Positions 38,398 to 50,884 of a stretch of DNA of 64,000 bases are shown in pieces; positions within the stretch are counted from its first letter, which is position 1; each line of letters starts with the position of its first letter. The DNA comes from Thalia democratica (taxonomy: Eukaryota): positions 17,794,001 to 17,858,000 of the forward strand of contig OZ241833.1 of the NCBI GenBank assembly GCA_965202585.1, read 5' to 3'. Below the pieces are notes generated by a model. That model ran no database searches. It saw only the letters and a list, made by a program, of their open reading frames with translations, and was not told the origin of the DNA. Both the position numbers and the translations under genes were made by a program.

Positions 38398-40612
38398 CAA
38401 CCAAGTAAAAGTAAACACTACATGGTTAAAATGTACCAAATGGCTGATAAACTAGTAAGAAAAATGCGTTAGAAGGCTTTCCATTTTAATTTGGATGATA
38501 ATGAACCAGTTACGAATGAATACAGTGGAATTTTCCCATCATATAGAAATCCAAAGGAAGATAAACACCTAAAAAGGTTTGAAAATGATTTATATGATCT
38601 ATTTGAAAGTTTGATGTTTAGAAAAATAAAAAACTCGTTGTTTACAAAAATGAGAAATGATTTAAATGAAATAAGAAAATCAAACAAACTAATTGCTTTT
38701 GCTGATAAGTCATTGAATATTTATAAAATTGAACCTAAGTATTATAAAAAACTATTAAAAGAAAACATAACAGCAAACTACAAAAAGTTTGATAGCAATG
38801 CAGTAGAAATAATTCATAAAGAAACTCAAGAAATTTATAAATAACTTACAAATTCCTTGTAAAATTCCAAAATTACAACAACAAGATGCATTTATAGCTT
38901 TAAAAGATCACAAACCTGGATTTCCGAATAAACTTAAATGTAGAGTAATAAACCCGTCTAAAACAAATATTGGCCAAGTGTCTAAGAAAATTATAGATAG
39001 TTTAATTAACAGAATGAGGTATATTATGAAACTTAACCAATGGAAAAATACACAATTATTAATCGCTCAATAATATTGAAAACAAACAAAAGCATAGTTT
39101 CATTAAGTTTGATGTCAAAAACCGAGAAATACGCTGCTAGAAGAACTGGCATTAGCTAAAAACTATTGCGCAATAAGTAAGGACGAAATCGACACAATAG
39201 TTCACTGCTGCAAGTCAGTCCTTATTTACAACAATTTTGCGAAGAAGGATATGGGTGATTGTTTTGATAAACCGCAGGAAAGTTTTCATGGTGCAGAAGT
39301 ATGCGAACTAGTAGGGTTACTTATACTGAATGAAGTTAAGAAAGAAAATATCTTTGAGCAGAAAAAGTTTGGAATTTACAGAGACGATGGCTTAGCGATC
39401 GTAGAAAGTAAGTAAGGTCTAGTTAGTAAGCGGTTTTCAAAAAGACTCACAAAAGTGTTCAGTAGATTCGACTTACAAATAACTATAGACTCCAATCTAG
39501 TAAAAACTGATATTTTGGATGTAGAGCTAGATCTTCGCAATGACACTTATGCACCGTACAGAAATCCAAACTTCCATGCGACCTATGTCAATGCCAAGTC
39601 AAACCACCCTCGATATGCTGTCAATCAAGTACCTAAATCCGTCAACAAAGGTTGACAACCATATCTAAGAATGAGAGCTCATTTAAGAAAGCGAAACAGC
39701 ACTATCAGGAAGCGTTAATTAAAGAAGGTCACAATCACGATTTGAAATATAACGTTGGTAACGAGAAAAAAACCAAAAGGAAAAGGAAAAATATCCTATA
39801 TATCACGCCACCATTTTGTTTGTCGGTAGAGACAAAAATCGGTAAACGGTTCCTGAAAATCGTTTGCCGAAACTTTGGCCCAACGCACCCATACCATAAA
39901 GTTTTCAATAAAAACTGTTGAAAATTTCGTACTCGTGCAAACATGAAGAGCCAGATAATGTCTCATAATCGCAAAATGTTAGAATATAAAGCAGTGGAAC
40001 GAAAGCAATGCAACTGCAGAGATAAATGCATGGTGGATGGCAATTGTTTATTAACAAATGTTATCTATAGAGCGACGGTAATAACATCAGAGAAAAGTAA
40101 GCAGTATGTTGGCTCATCAGGTTTATCGTTTAAAAGTAGGAACACACGATATAAATGTTTTAAAAACAACAGTAAATACAGACTAAAAACTACGCTTTCG
40201 AAATATATCTGGGATTTGAAGGAGAAAAATAAAGATTTTAGCATTAACTGGAAATTTTAGCACGAACAAAAAACAAATTCAATTTAAACATGGCTGCACT
40301 CTCTGCAATATGGAAAAAACGAGATCTCAAAATTAAACTCAAATCTAGCTTTAAATAAACGAAATGAACTTTTTAGTAATTGTAAACATTTTTCAAGCTT
40401 TTATTTTAAATAGTTTTGAACATATATGCAATCTTAGTGTGTCTTATATTTTTTAATGATTTACTTAGTGACGTAACAATCCTTAAAATTTTTGCTTAGT
40501 TTCATGTACTTTTTGACTTATGTTTTAAAATATTATCACAATAAATAAACTGAAGATCTGTTCTGTTTAACATAATAGTGAAACAATTGTATTTGTAAAA
40601 CTTTGTGTTTTA
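38398..40612 (+). mobile_element. Near-full-length but frameshifted Penelope-like retroelement, probably Naiad-type (RT plus C-terminal GIY-YIG)
   Basis: Fragmented ORFs with LKDHKPGF..K.KCRVINPSKTNIG, FIKFDV, ESFHGAEVCELVG, YRDDGLAI (RT), CNCRDKC..DGNC linker, VIYRA...KQYVGSS (GIY-YIG) and CTLCNMEK; TA-rich microsatellite-like flanks on both sides. Confidence 0.92.
40545..40596 (+). ncRNA. Minimal type I hammerhead ribozyme motif in the PLE 3' end
   Basis: ATAAA-CTGAAGA(40550-56)-stem II CTGTT/AATAG-GAAA(40580-83)-C AATT GTA-TTTGT; stem III is the palindrome CAATTG typical of dimeric minimal hammerheads. The stem II closing pair is a U-U mismatch, so activity is uncertain. Confidence 0.7.
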
Positions 40613-40791
40613 TTAATATATATGTATATACATCAAAACTTAATGTTTTTAATATTTAATCTGATGTTTTTTTTTCATCCACTCCTCTTATGATCAACTT
40701 ATTTTTAGTTTTATGAAAAATATTTGTATTTTTATCGTTTCAACTAATAGATTTTTTTGAAACTAAAAGATTTATGCAAGCTAATAAGTGA

Positions 40792-43700
40792 TCAACTAAA
40801 TTTTGATTGATCTATTGATTTCCGAAATACAAAATATTCTAAAATAGTAACATTAAACCAACCAGATTTTTTGTTCTGATTATCTACCGGGTCGTTCTCA
40901 CCTCCTCTCCCCTGCAACTTGAACGTTTTAAAGTCAGGGTATTCGATTTGTGGTGGACGAAGGTAGTACGACACCCTGTGACGTTTACTTCTTCTTGAGT
41001 TTTGACGCGCTCGTCTTCGAAGTGCGTAACAAAGAAGTCTGAAATAGTAATTTTTGACATAACGAAATATGTCAAACGTTAGTAAAATAATGCTTGTCTA
41101 ATTTTTGTAGTTTATTTGTTGAATTTTTTGTATGCTTTACTAAAAACTGATCAAAAAAAAGTTACCTTAAAGTTGACCACATTCTGGGCATCTTTAATGA
41201 GTAAATGATTGGGTTTACCAGAGGATGTATCATTGCTGGGACCAGACACAAATCGAAGCTGATTCGCAGTCCGTTTTCCATTGAAGTAATTTCGCTTCTG
41301 TTAACTATATCGTACACAAACAAACTTGTCATTGGAAGCCAGCAAGCAAAAAACACTCCCATCACACCACACAAAATTTTAGCCAACTTTATTTCTCTAC
41401 GTTGATGAATTAAAACAAATGGACCCATAGAGTCAGGCAGAGTTCCTACTATGTTACCTGGAAAAAATTAAATTTATTCTTAACACGTTTAGAAAAATTT
41501 TATATTTAGTAGCCGAAAAATTATACTTATATTTTGACAAAATTAAGTTTAAAAATAACTCTAACAATTTATTTATCTTATACTACTGCTGATGTTTTTT
41601 TTATTCAACTGAAGTATTACCTGGTTTATTAAAACTCGAAATTTTCTTAACGTGCCTAAATATAGCAATGTACAAGCCACTCATAAGTACAAGGCACAAA
41701 TAAAAGTAACAAGTACCAACAAATAAGTATGACTTAGTGAAAGGTGCGAACACTACACTGCAAGATGGATGTTTGCAGAAACAAGCTGAATTTTTTAAAC
41801 ATTTGCAATGCTCCGGTGGACAATGCCATCCTGCAAAATTGTTAATTAAGTTGAATAGCTTCGAAGTTTGTATAATATTACTGTTTTTCAGTAAAAAGTC
41901 AAAACTAAAGTAAAGATGTTTACTTTCTTAAATGAAATTAAATACCAAACAAGTAAAAGTAATCAAACAAAGATAAAAATTAGCACAATAATTAGTCAAG
42001 TACATATATAAGTATTAGTAAAATATTTTGAAAGTATAAATTTTTAAAATATGTTTATTATAGAATAACTAAATACTATTTTAATTATACTTGACTTAAG
42101 TAATAAAATTTGAAGTTTAGGAAACTTAGGGTTTAATTTTTAAATTCTAGTTTAAAAAGTTTATTATTTAATAACTAACATTAGAAAACTAAAAAATATA
42201 TATAACATTGCTTTTCAGTTTATCTGCACTTAAATTATCGATAAATATATTTTTTCTACTGCTTAGCTTCCTATATAAAACGTAAAAAGTTTATAAAAAA
42301 TATAAAAAAAGAACTTAAACTTAGTAATATGACAATAAGCAATAGTATAAACATTTAGAATATATACAAAAAAGCTTATATAAATGTAAACCAACAAATT
42401 TTATATGATCTTTCAGTTCAAGAATTGATTCTTACTAAAACATACCAGCAGAATTTTTAATAAATCTAGATTTGTGTTAAATTTTTAATAGTAAAGTTCT
42501 TAAAATTTTTAATATTTAATTATCCTTAAAACTATAATTAAAGTTATTTTTTATACAGCGAAGTGTTTCATTTAATTTGAAAATATTTAAAAAGAGTGTC
42601 TTATACATCTCAAACTTTTAGGTTATCCGTTCAAAAAAAAACCTAAGTTAAAAAACTAAAATTTCATAATTTTCATACATTTTATAAAGTAAATATAAAA
42701 GCAAAAGAAGCTAAAAAAGTTTTTTTAATCATTGTGAAAATTTTTAACCTGCTATTGGTGAAATTGAGAAAACTACTATTGCAGAAAGCCAACATATTAA
42801 AATTATCATTATTGTGTTTTTTGTTGTAAATACTTTTTGATACTTGTTGTTCTTACAAATTTTCCAATATCTAAATTAAAAACAAATTTTAACGTTTTTA
42901 TGAGAAATTTAAAAAAAATATAAATTTTACATAAACAATAAATTGTTTAATAAAACTGTTATAACATTCGAAACTGTTTGAGTGTAACATCAAATTAGTA
43001 CGCCATCAATTCAATTTTAAATTTCATAAAAGTTTAAATTTAACAAAGTAATGCCTAAAATTTTGGAGCTTTATTTGTAATTTAATTTATTCAAATGAAC
43101 ATGTTTCTAATAATTTGAAACTGTACACTTAATCAATTTAAAATAAAACCTTATAAAAGCTTTTACCTTTCCACAGCAATAGCAAGTAAGTTGTTGATAG
43201 AAGCGCTAAAGCAAGACACACTGACACCCCTCAAGACAACTCGTTTCCATGGAAATTCCGGGGATAGAGGAGTTTCAAAAGCAGTTATAACTGTTACTCC
43301 GGTCAGCAAGTCAGCTAAAGCAAGGCTGCTTATAAGGTAGAAAGTTGGGGATCTAAGTATTTAAATGATAATTATAATTTTTTAAACAAAACAACCCGTT
43401 AAAATTACTTAAGCTAAACAACTGTAAAAATGTTTTGTAAGGAAATTAAGTTTATTATTGTTTATATAGTTAGCAAAAACTATTGCAATAAAAAAATCAC
43501 TATGACACTTTTATATCTAAGTTTGTTAAGTTTGTTAAGTTTTACGAGTACAAACAATTTATTCTTAAAACCTTTAGGAAAGAGTCGAAAATGTTTTACA
43601 GGAATAGACCAGAACTAGAGAAAAAAAATCACAGGACATACTTTTTTTAAATTCTTGTTTTAAAATCAAAAAATATACATAAAACAGCAAGTATGTAATG

Positions 43701-46116
43701 AAATAACAAACAAAATAAAGCACAGTGAACTCAAAGCAAATTTAGAGCATATTTGTAAACATTTACTATAATATAGCTTAAACCTGCTACTTCTTTATAA
43801 AATATTTTTTAGCTAAAAAGTATCTCATGGTCAAAGTTTTTTGTTAGGTGGACCATATTTAGCAGAAGTTTCTTTAACTAAAACTAAACAATATCACTTG
43901 TAAAAAACCTTAATAAATATATTTTCTGAATTAAAGTAACCAAAAATAATAACAAACTATTCAATTAAGTGTTCCGATTCTATCAACAGTTCAAAATTGA
44001 TTATTTGTAATATTTATTTTAAATTTACTTTAATAATATCTTTTGAATTTACAAACCATTAAAATTTGTCTATCTAGCTTTAGACATAATTAAGTAGATG
44101 TTGCTAATAAAAACAACCATTGTAATTAATTATTAGAAATGTTTTTATATTAAGCCTATTGCACTAATTTCTAAAAGGAATAAGAAAGCTCAATTAATAG
44201 GAGATTTTTTAGTTTATAATAGATAAAATGTACAAAACAAAAGTAAAAAGTTTGTATGGAATTTATAAAAAATTACTAAAAATAAATCATTGCTATAAAT
44301 TCATAAAGATTCTGAGATGATCTTTTTTGATACTAATGCTTAAATTAAATATAATGCATGGTAAATTGTTTCCACGCTTATTAAATTTTAAGAGAAGGCT
44401 AAAATAATAAATAAAAAAGAGAAAGCTGAAACATAGCATGGAGATTCCATTATATTCGATTATGACCTCATAATCAAATTTAAGCTCTTCTAGTTGCATA
44501 AACAAACTCGTGAGCTTTTCTCAAAAACAAAAAATTGACAAAAACATTATTCAAACTGTGTGCACGACAACTAAATGTCTGACAATTCGAATTTCGAAAA
44601 TTCTTATTTTATTAATTGTTAGTATTTATAATTTTATTTTTAAGCATTTTTGTTTTTAAGACACATTTACCATAATATTTATTATTTAGACCTGCATTTT
44701 TTTAAAGTTTTATCTATCATTTAAGATTTTTCTAAACTAAGTTTTAAAACTTACAAAAATACTACTAACTTATTAACTATGAACTTGTTTTTAGTTTTTT
44801 AAATAAGTTTCTCAAACTTTTTTATTCATCATATTCTTATTAACTAAATCTGTATGAGCATATTTATATTTTTTAAGTTTAATTTATTTTTAGATATATA
44901 CTTTCAGGTTTTTACATTAACTTGAATTGTCGTAATTCGAGTAGTGACGTAGCCATTGAAACTTAATGTTTTTAAAGTTTCGTTTACTACTTGTTGGTGA
45001 CATTTTATTACTACTAAAAAAGTAATTCACATGTCAAACAGCAGTAACAAACAATTCGAACAATCTAGATAAAAATAGGTGAAACTTTTTGTAATTAACT
45101 TCTTTAAACAAATTTAACTCTGGTATAATAAAAAACAGTTTTTTACTAAACAATTTAATAATGTTTTGTTACAATGTTTTGTAGATTTATATTTCCTATA
45201 ATCAAGTATTTAAAACACTACAGGTACTGTTCTTTATCATTTCAGGTCGAATAAATAAAAAACACAATATTTAAGATATCTTTGTCATAATAGAGTCATT
45301 TTTTAATTATAAAAAGAAAATATTTTAATCTATATATTAAAATTTCTATACTCCTATTTTTTTTACAAAACCTTCTAAATAGTTATAACAAAAGTAATCA
45401 AAATGCAAACAAACATACCTTAGTTTTGTTATTAAAAACTTTGCATAAAGAATTTGTATCTATGTCTTAAGATTTCAAAAAAGAAAGGTATTTGAATAAA
45501 ATAAAATTTTAGTTTAAGTTGTTTATTTTTATTTGAAAGTTATAGTTTGTTAATAAAAAACGAGCAATGTTATAAAAAGTATTTATACTTCTATAAAATA
45601 TTTTTAAAAACGTCTTAATTCTTTGTATAACTTTAACTGTTTTCGTTTAAGAAGTTTTCTAAAATTTGTTTGTTTAAGTTTCTTTTAAAAGAATATTTTT
45701 CTACTACATATTAAAAAAGAACCTTACATTTACTTTAAACATTTGAGAGACAAAGAAAAACTTGTTGAAAAATTTTTGGGTTAAAAAACTTAGTATACGT
45801 AGTTTTAAATATGTAATAAGTTATACATATGTATCTCAAAAAAAAAAGTACTCAATAAAAAAAGTATTTCCAATAATTTTATTACTATTAAAGTTTAAGA
45901 AGCCTCACGAAATAAATAGTTATGTTTTAGCATAAAAACTTACCTAAAAGCCCTAGGACCAATCAGTATTACAAGTATGACACAAAAATTTACTGCAATT
46001 GTGAATAAAGACACTGAAAATGCCGCAACCTCCATAGCTGTTGATAAATTTGTGAATTTTAAATCATCACTGTTTTTTATACTATAGTTTTTATATGAAG
46101 TATTCCGAAAATTTTC
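40792..46116 (-). CDS. Class A (rhodopsin-like) GPCR, EDG/S1P/LPA/cannabinoid-receptor-like; exons 45944-46116, 43167-43352, 42749-42870, 41621-41830, 41166-41457, 40792-41038
   Basis: All five introns are GT-AG and phase-compatible (1230 nt). Motifs: N-terminal sequons NTS/NYS/NLS, TM2 SLALADLLTGV, TM3 SASINNLLAIAVERY, TM4 CW...SPIAGWHC, TM6 FFACWLP, TM7 NPIIY. The start codon is uncertain (an upstream exon, or Met at 46035). Confidence 0.93.
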
Positions 46117-47510
46117 CTGAAAAAAATTTTGCAAGGTTTTTCACCACACAAAAATATTCAACTACATATACAAAAAAGGTTAATTTTTTTAAGTTTAATA
46201 GTTTTCTTAAATAATTTAAAGATATACAAATGTCTTAATATATAAGTTTTTTTGAAATATTTTTAGCTCAGTTTAAATCAACTACAAAAAATGTATAGTC
46301 ACGATAAGTTTATTTAATTTTTTTAAATACCTTTATTTTTTTTTCTATAATTAGTTTTATTTTAAATATTTGTTGTTTTTTAATTTAAATTGTTTGGTTC
46401 AGAATTGAATTCATTAGAGAATGAATACAATATCTTAAAGAGTTTTAACTATGTTTTAATTTTGTTTTAACAGTAAGATAACAGCTTTTTAGTCGCCTGT
46501 TTTGTTCCTGTTTTTTTATGTATTCGATTTGTTTGATTTTGATATTTTTTTTCAGGTTAAATTTATAGCTGAGAGTTTAATTTGGAGAAATATTTTATTA
46601 TAGTTAAAACTTGATAAAATTAAATACCGATAATTTTTATATGAACAAAATAAGTGAATTCAATCTTTTAAATACTTTTAAAACCAAAATAAAAGTACGG
46701 AATATAAAGTCTAGTATATATATAGTAAAACTATGAATAGCATTTTATTTGATTGAATTGTAAGTGCAATAACTTATTGATATTACAAGTTGTTTTAACC
46801 TTTACACTATATATTAATTCAAAGTATTTAAGATAGTGACTTTTTGGTACAACTAAATTTTTCAATAAAATTTTTATATTAAAAAAAAATATCTTATTAA
46901 CTTTTATTATAAAATTTTGAAAGTATGAGTTTTATATTTACAGAAAATTTAAATAAAAATAAAACTTTTTTATTTGAATAAAAAGGTTACATATTAAAAA
47001 TATAAGTTATTTAAATTTTACTTTATAAGCTATCAACAGTTGCATATATTAAAATAATTTAAACAAGTTTTACAAAAAAAAAAAAATGTTCAGTAAAATC
47101 ATAATACAATTAATTTTCTGCGATTTTTGATCGTTTCTTATTACAGTTCTATTTTAAATTAATCTTTTGGTTTTTACTGGGTTTTCTTAAAAAAGTAATT
47201 AATCAAAAATAGATGCTAAAAATTTGTTTTAGTATAGATAAAGGAAATTATAAAAATCTTAATTATGGTACTATGGTTTAAATAAACCGAGTAGAAATTT
47301 ATAATACTAACTAGTAGAATCATTAAAATGATTTATCTCACCAAAAGGAATGTATATCTTTATTAACTAAATATTTCTAGCAAGTGTATTTTTGTTTTAC
47401 TTCTTAAATTTATCTTATAGCACACAACTAAAGTTTTTACAAAATTTTAAATTGCACCTAGTATGTATAAATTTTTAGTCTTGTTAGTTATGTAATCAAA
47501 TTAATTTTAC

Positions 47511-47575
47511 CTGAAACGTGATGTCACTTGGAGCGGAAGTAAACTGCAATGTTAAGTTTGCAGTAAGTAAGTCTC
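47511..47575 (-). promoter_or_regulatory. Possible 5' non-coding exon/promoter island of the GPCR
   Basis: GC-richer island with donor TTTCAG|gtaaaa at 47510, a CGGAAGT (ETS-like) motif and a TGATGTCA (CRE-like) motif; inference only. Confidence 0.25.
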
Positions 47576-49627
47576 TCATTTGATGTTTTGAATAAACTTT
47601 ATATTTTGCTGTAGTTAATAAAAATATATTTAAATTCTTTTCTAGTTGTTATCATAAAAGCATATGAACTTTATTGTTTTAAACTTAGCTTGAATAAATA
47701 TTTAATTGACATGGTATTTCATGTTGACTAGTAAAATTAATCGGGCCTACTTTACTAAGTAAAAATAAAAGTGCGATATATAGCTAAAATTAAAAGAAAA
47801 GAAAATTATATATTTAAGTTTATAAAACTTATTTAACTACGTTTGTATAACAAAAATTGTATATAATAGTAGATATAATTAAAATAAAATTATTTAAATG
47901 TCAAGCTTTTGCTTTTTATCACTAATTGGAAAACAAAAAACTTGCTATGAGTTATAAACAATCTAATTCTTAAGGAAATGCATCACATCATATATTTTCT
48001 CCTACAACGGAACTAAACTAACTTATTATTTAGTACGTTAAATAATTTATAACTGAAATAAATCATAAATTTCTTGGAATTATAATTATACAATCTCGTA
48101 AGTATAAGTTTTTAATATAAAGTGAAAATTTTTTAAATGTTAGGTAAAAAAGAAGAGAAATCGAATCTATATATGTTCTCATTTTTTCGATAATTCTTTC
48201 TTTAAGCGCTCTTAAAAATGATTGAACTAAAAATGATAAACTTTTTATATTAACAATTTTACTCTTTATTACTATAGTGTTAAAGTTAATATGATATCTT
48301 CTCTACACCTTATTGAAAATTTTACCTACTTACAACTTGAAATATTTTTTCTTGGCTACGTATAAAAGCAAACATATATCAGTGGTCTTTAAGTTTTAAA
48401 AGCTATGAAAACCATTTATACTCAAAGTCTAAAGAAAAGCAAATTCTTAAGTTATACTTAAAAATAAGACAACATTAAACATTTAAAAAATTATATTCAC
48501 TACAAACAAAAATTATTAACTTTTTTAAAGATGGTAAGACGAGATTAAAATTTTAACTAGCTGTTCTAAAATGATCTTAAAACCAAAACACTTAAAGGTT
48601 CTTACTTAAACTATGTACCTATGTATAGCTTTATATAATAAAGCTTTTGCCTATTTCTAAACATGTTGTTGTAATTGAATAAAGTACTCGACTTTTTAAA
48701 TCTACTGCTTCACTAAAGGGTTTACTAAAAACAGCGAACACATTTACTTCTCAAAATAAAAAAGAGATTAGAAAAAGTTATTCGCATTCACAACAGCAAT
48801 TTTTTCATGTATACGCTTTTTAATAATAAATATTTATACATGCTTTATGCATAATTGCAATTTTTGGAGTCTAAAAACAATTATTATAATGTTTTAAAAT
48901 GGTTATTCTTTATGATTAGAATTTTTTCGAAAACACTGTTTTTCTTGTGTTTTGTTTTAGAAAAAAATAGGTTTAGATATAATAAACAGCTGAGAAAAAA
49001 CTAGCTAAACTTATTTAAAAATTATACAAAACTTAAAAAATTTAACGATGCAAAACTAACCGACACTTTGAGCTAAATTTAACAGAGAAAGTAAGTAAAA
49101 AATTATTGTTGTTAATACATCATAGATAGGAAATAATCAAAAACACGCGCAGAAATGTTTGTACACGAACAAATAACATTTATTACATACCATATCATAT
49201 ATTGCTGCAATAAATGTTATTTATTACTTAGAAGCTAAAATATACCGTTATTAAAACACCAACCGAAAAACAGTAATTAAAACTGTACGTACTTTTTTAG
49301 AAGACTTAATCACATAATAAAATCAATAAATACCAATTGAAAGTAAGTTTAAGAATATTTTACAAAAATTTACGCAATATTACAGTTCACACGCCGCTAA
49401 GTTATATTAAATACAAAAATTATGTTTATGATTTTGCATATGGTCTTTTGAATCTAAAGTTCTTGTCAAAAAACAAAGAAAAAAAATAAACCTAATTTTT
49501 TTGAACTTTTTATTTCATTATCGTAGATTGAAAAAAAAAGACAAATTAGAGGTATGCTTTCAAGTTTTTTTAATCATTTTTTGCTAATATTTGGTTTCAA
49601 ACGACCGATGATCATTCAGCTCATTGT

Positions 49628-50884
49628 TTAAAGCACAAGATAAACATTTTGTTCGCTGCCTTCGACCGGCTGGCTGCCGGGCTGCACTTCATGATCTTCC
49701 ACATGAGTCATTACTTGCGGCTGGTGATCGGCCATGTTCTCGTCGTGATCGTACAAACTATCTTTCCTGTTGTCATTTCGCCGAATGTACTGGCCTTTCG
49801 CATCATTGTCTGTTCCATGCGGTTTTTCCCTTCTTCCTCGCTTCCTATAAAGCACGACGGCCGCAACAAAACACGCAGCAAGTGCCAACCCTAGCAGCGC
49901 GTACAGCGCGGTTCCTGCATTCCGACTTTCGCTGCATTCCGACTCTATCACGCGTTCGTTGGTTGGCAGAAAGCCGTCGCAGTAGTCGGCCATCTGGTCC
50001 GACGTCAGTTCTTGTATCTCCTTTCTGGTCACGCAGCCCACCCAAGGCTGGTAGCTTGTGACGTTCGTGTACACCGCGGGCCCGTCGCCGCACTCCTTCG
50101 CAACGAAACTCTGTATTCCGAACAAAACTTTTTCCGATTCGGCGTCGCAAACCATCGGTGATCCCGAATCTCCCCTGCAGCCCTGAACGCTTTGTCTTTG
50201 CAAGCTGCCGGCGCAAATTCTGTTCGAAGTTATGTTGAACCCGAGATAGTCCGAGCAAGCTTTCGGATCAACTACATCGATGTGGCCTTCAGTGAGTTTT
50301 TCTGACGGCTGCGCGTTTTCTGTTTCACCCCAACCGGAAATTGTGCATTTGCTTTTTTCTTTGACACTGTGAAATCTTGGGTCTGCCAGTTGTACGACTT
50401 TAACGAACTCATTAATTTTTAATCTTTCATTGAGCAAAATAACGCCGACATCAAAATTCTTACAACCTTTTCTGTAACCTTTGGGCACAATGAACTTCAG
50501 TGCCTTTCTTTTTTGCTTATTTCTTGTTAAACTTGGAACGATCGGGTTCAAAACAGGGTTGTTAGAACTTATCTCAGCACCACTGCTGTAGTAACTTTTT
50601 CTGGATAAAACATTTTCTCCGGCTACGACTGAAATTCTTTCCACTTTCACTTGATCTTTGCTGTAGTCTTGAACGACTCTGCTGCAATGCGCTGCAGTCA
50701 GGACCCAGAGCTCGTTTATAATTGCGCCACTGCACAATAAGGATTGCTTGTTCGAGTATTCAGCTACGATGGCTACGTGGTACGCGTTGGTCTGCTGTGA
50801 AGCGGGTTTTCCGGAATATATGGCGAATGCTGAGTGAAGCAAGCTAGAGAGCAGTATGGCAACACAATATTTCTTCATGGGCAT
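49628..50884 (-). CDS. Intronless type-I transmembrane S1 (chymotrypsin-fold) serine protease, 418 aa
   Basis: Signal peptide ending SAFA, then IYSG; catalytic motifs LTAAHC, FDVGVI and GDSGSP; C-terminal TM ALYALLGLALAACFVAAVVLY followed by RKRGRR and a ~70-aa tail. Confidence 0.95.
   Translation of the reverse strand: MPMKKYCVAILLSSLLHSAFAIYSGKPASQQTNAYHVAIVAEYSNKQSLLCSGAIINELWVLTAAHCSRVVQDYSKDQVKVERISVVAGENVLSRKSYYSSGAEISSNNPVLNPIVPSLTRNKQKRKALKFIVPKGYRKGCKNFDVGVILLNERLKINEFVKVVQLADPRFHSVKEKSKCTISGWGETENAQPSEKLTEGHIDVVDPKACSDYLGFNITSNRICAGSLQRQSVQGCRGDSGSPMVCDAESEKVLFGIQSFVAKECGDGPAVYTNVTSYQPWVGCVTRKEIQELTSDQMADYCDGFLPTNERVIESECSESRNAGTALYALLGLALAACFVAAVVLYRKRGRREKPHGTDNDAKGQYIRRNDNRKDSLYDHDENMADHQPQVMTHVEDHEVQPGSQPVEGSEQNVYLVL

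Noticed and set aside
49624-50258. Overlapping ORFs of 145, 81 and 137 aa
   Set aside because: Alternative-frame or antisense shadows of the protease CDS.
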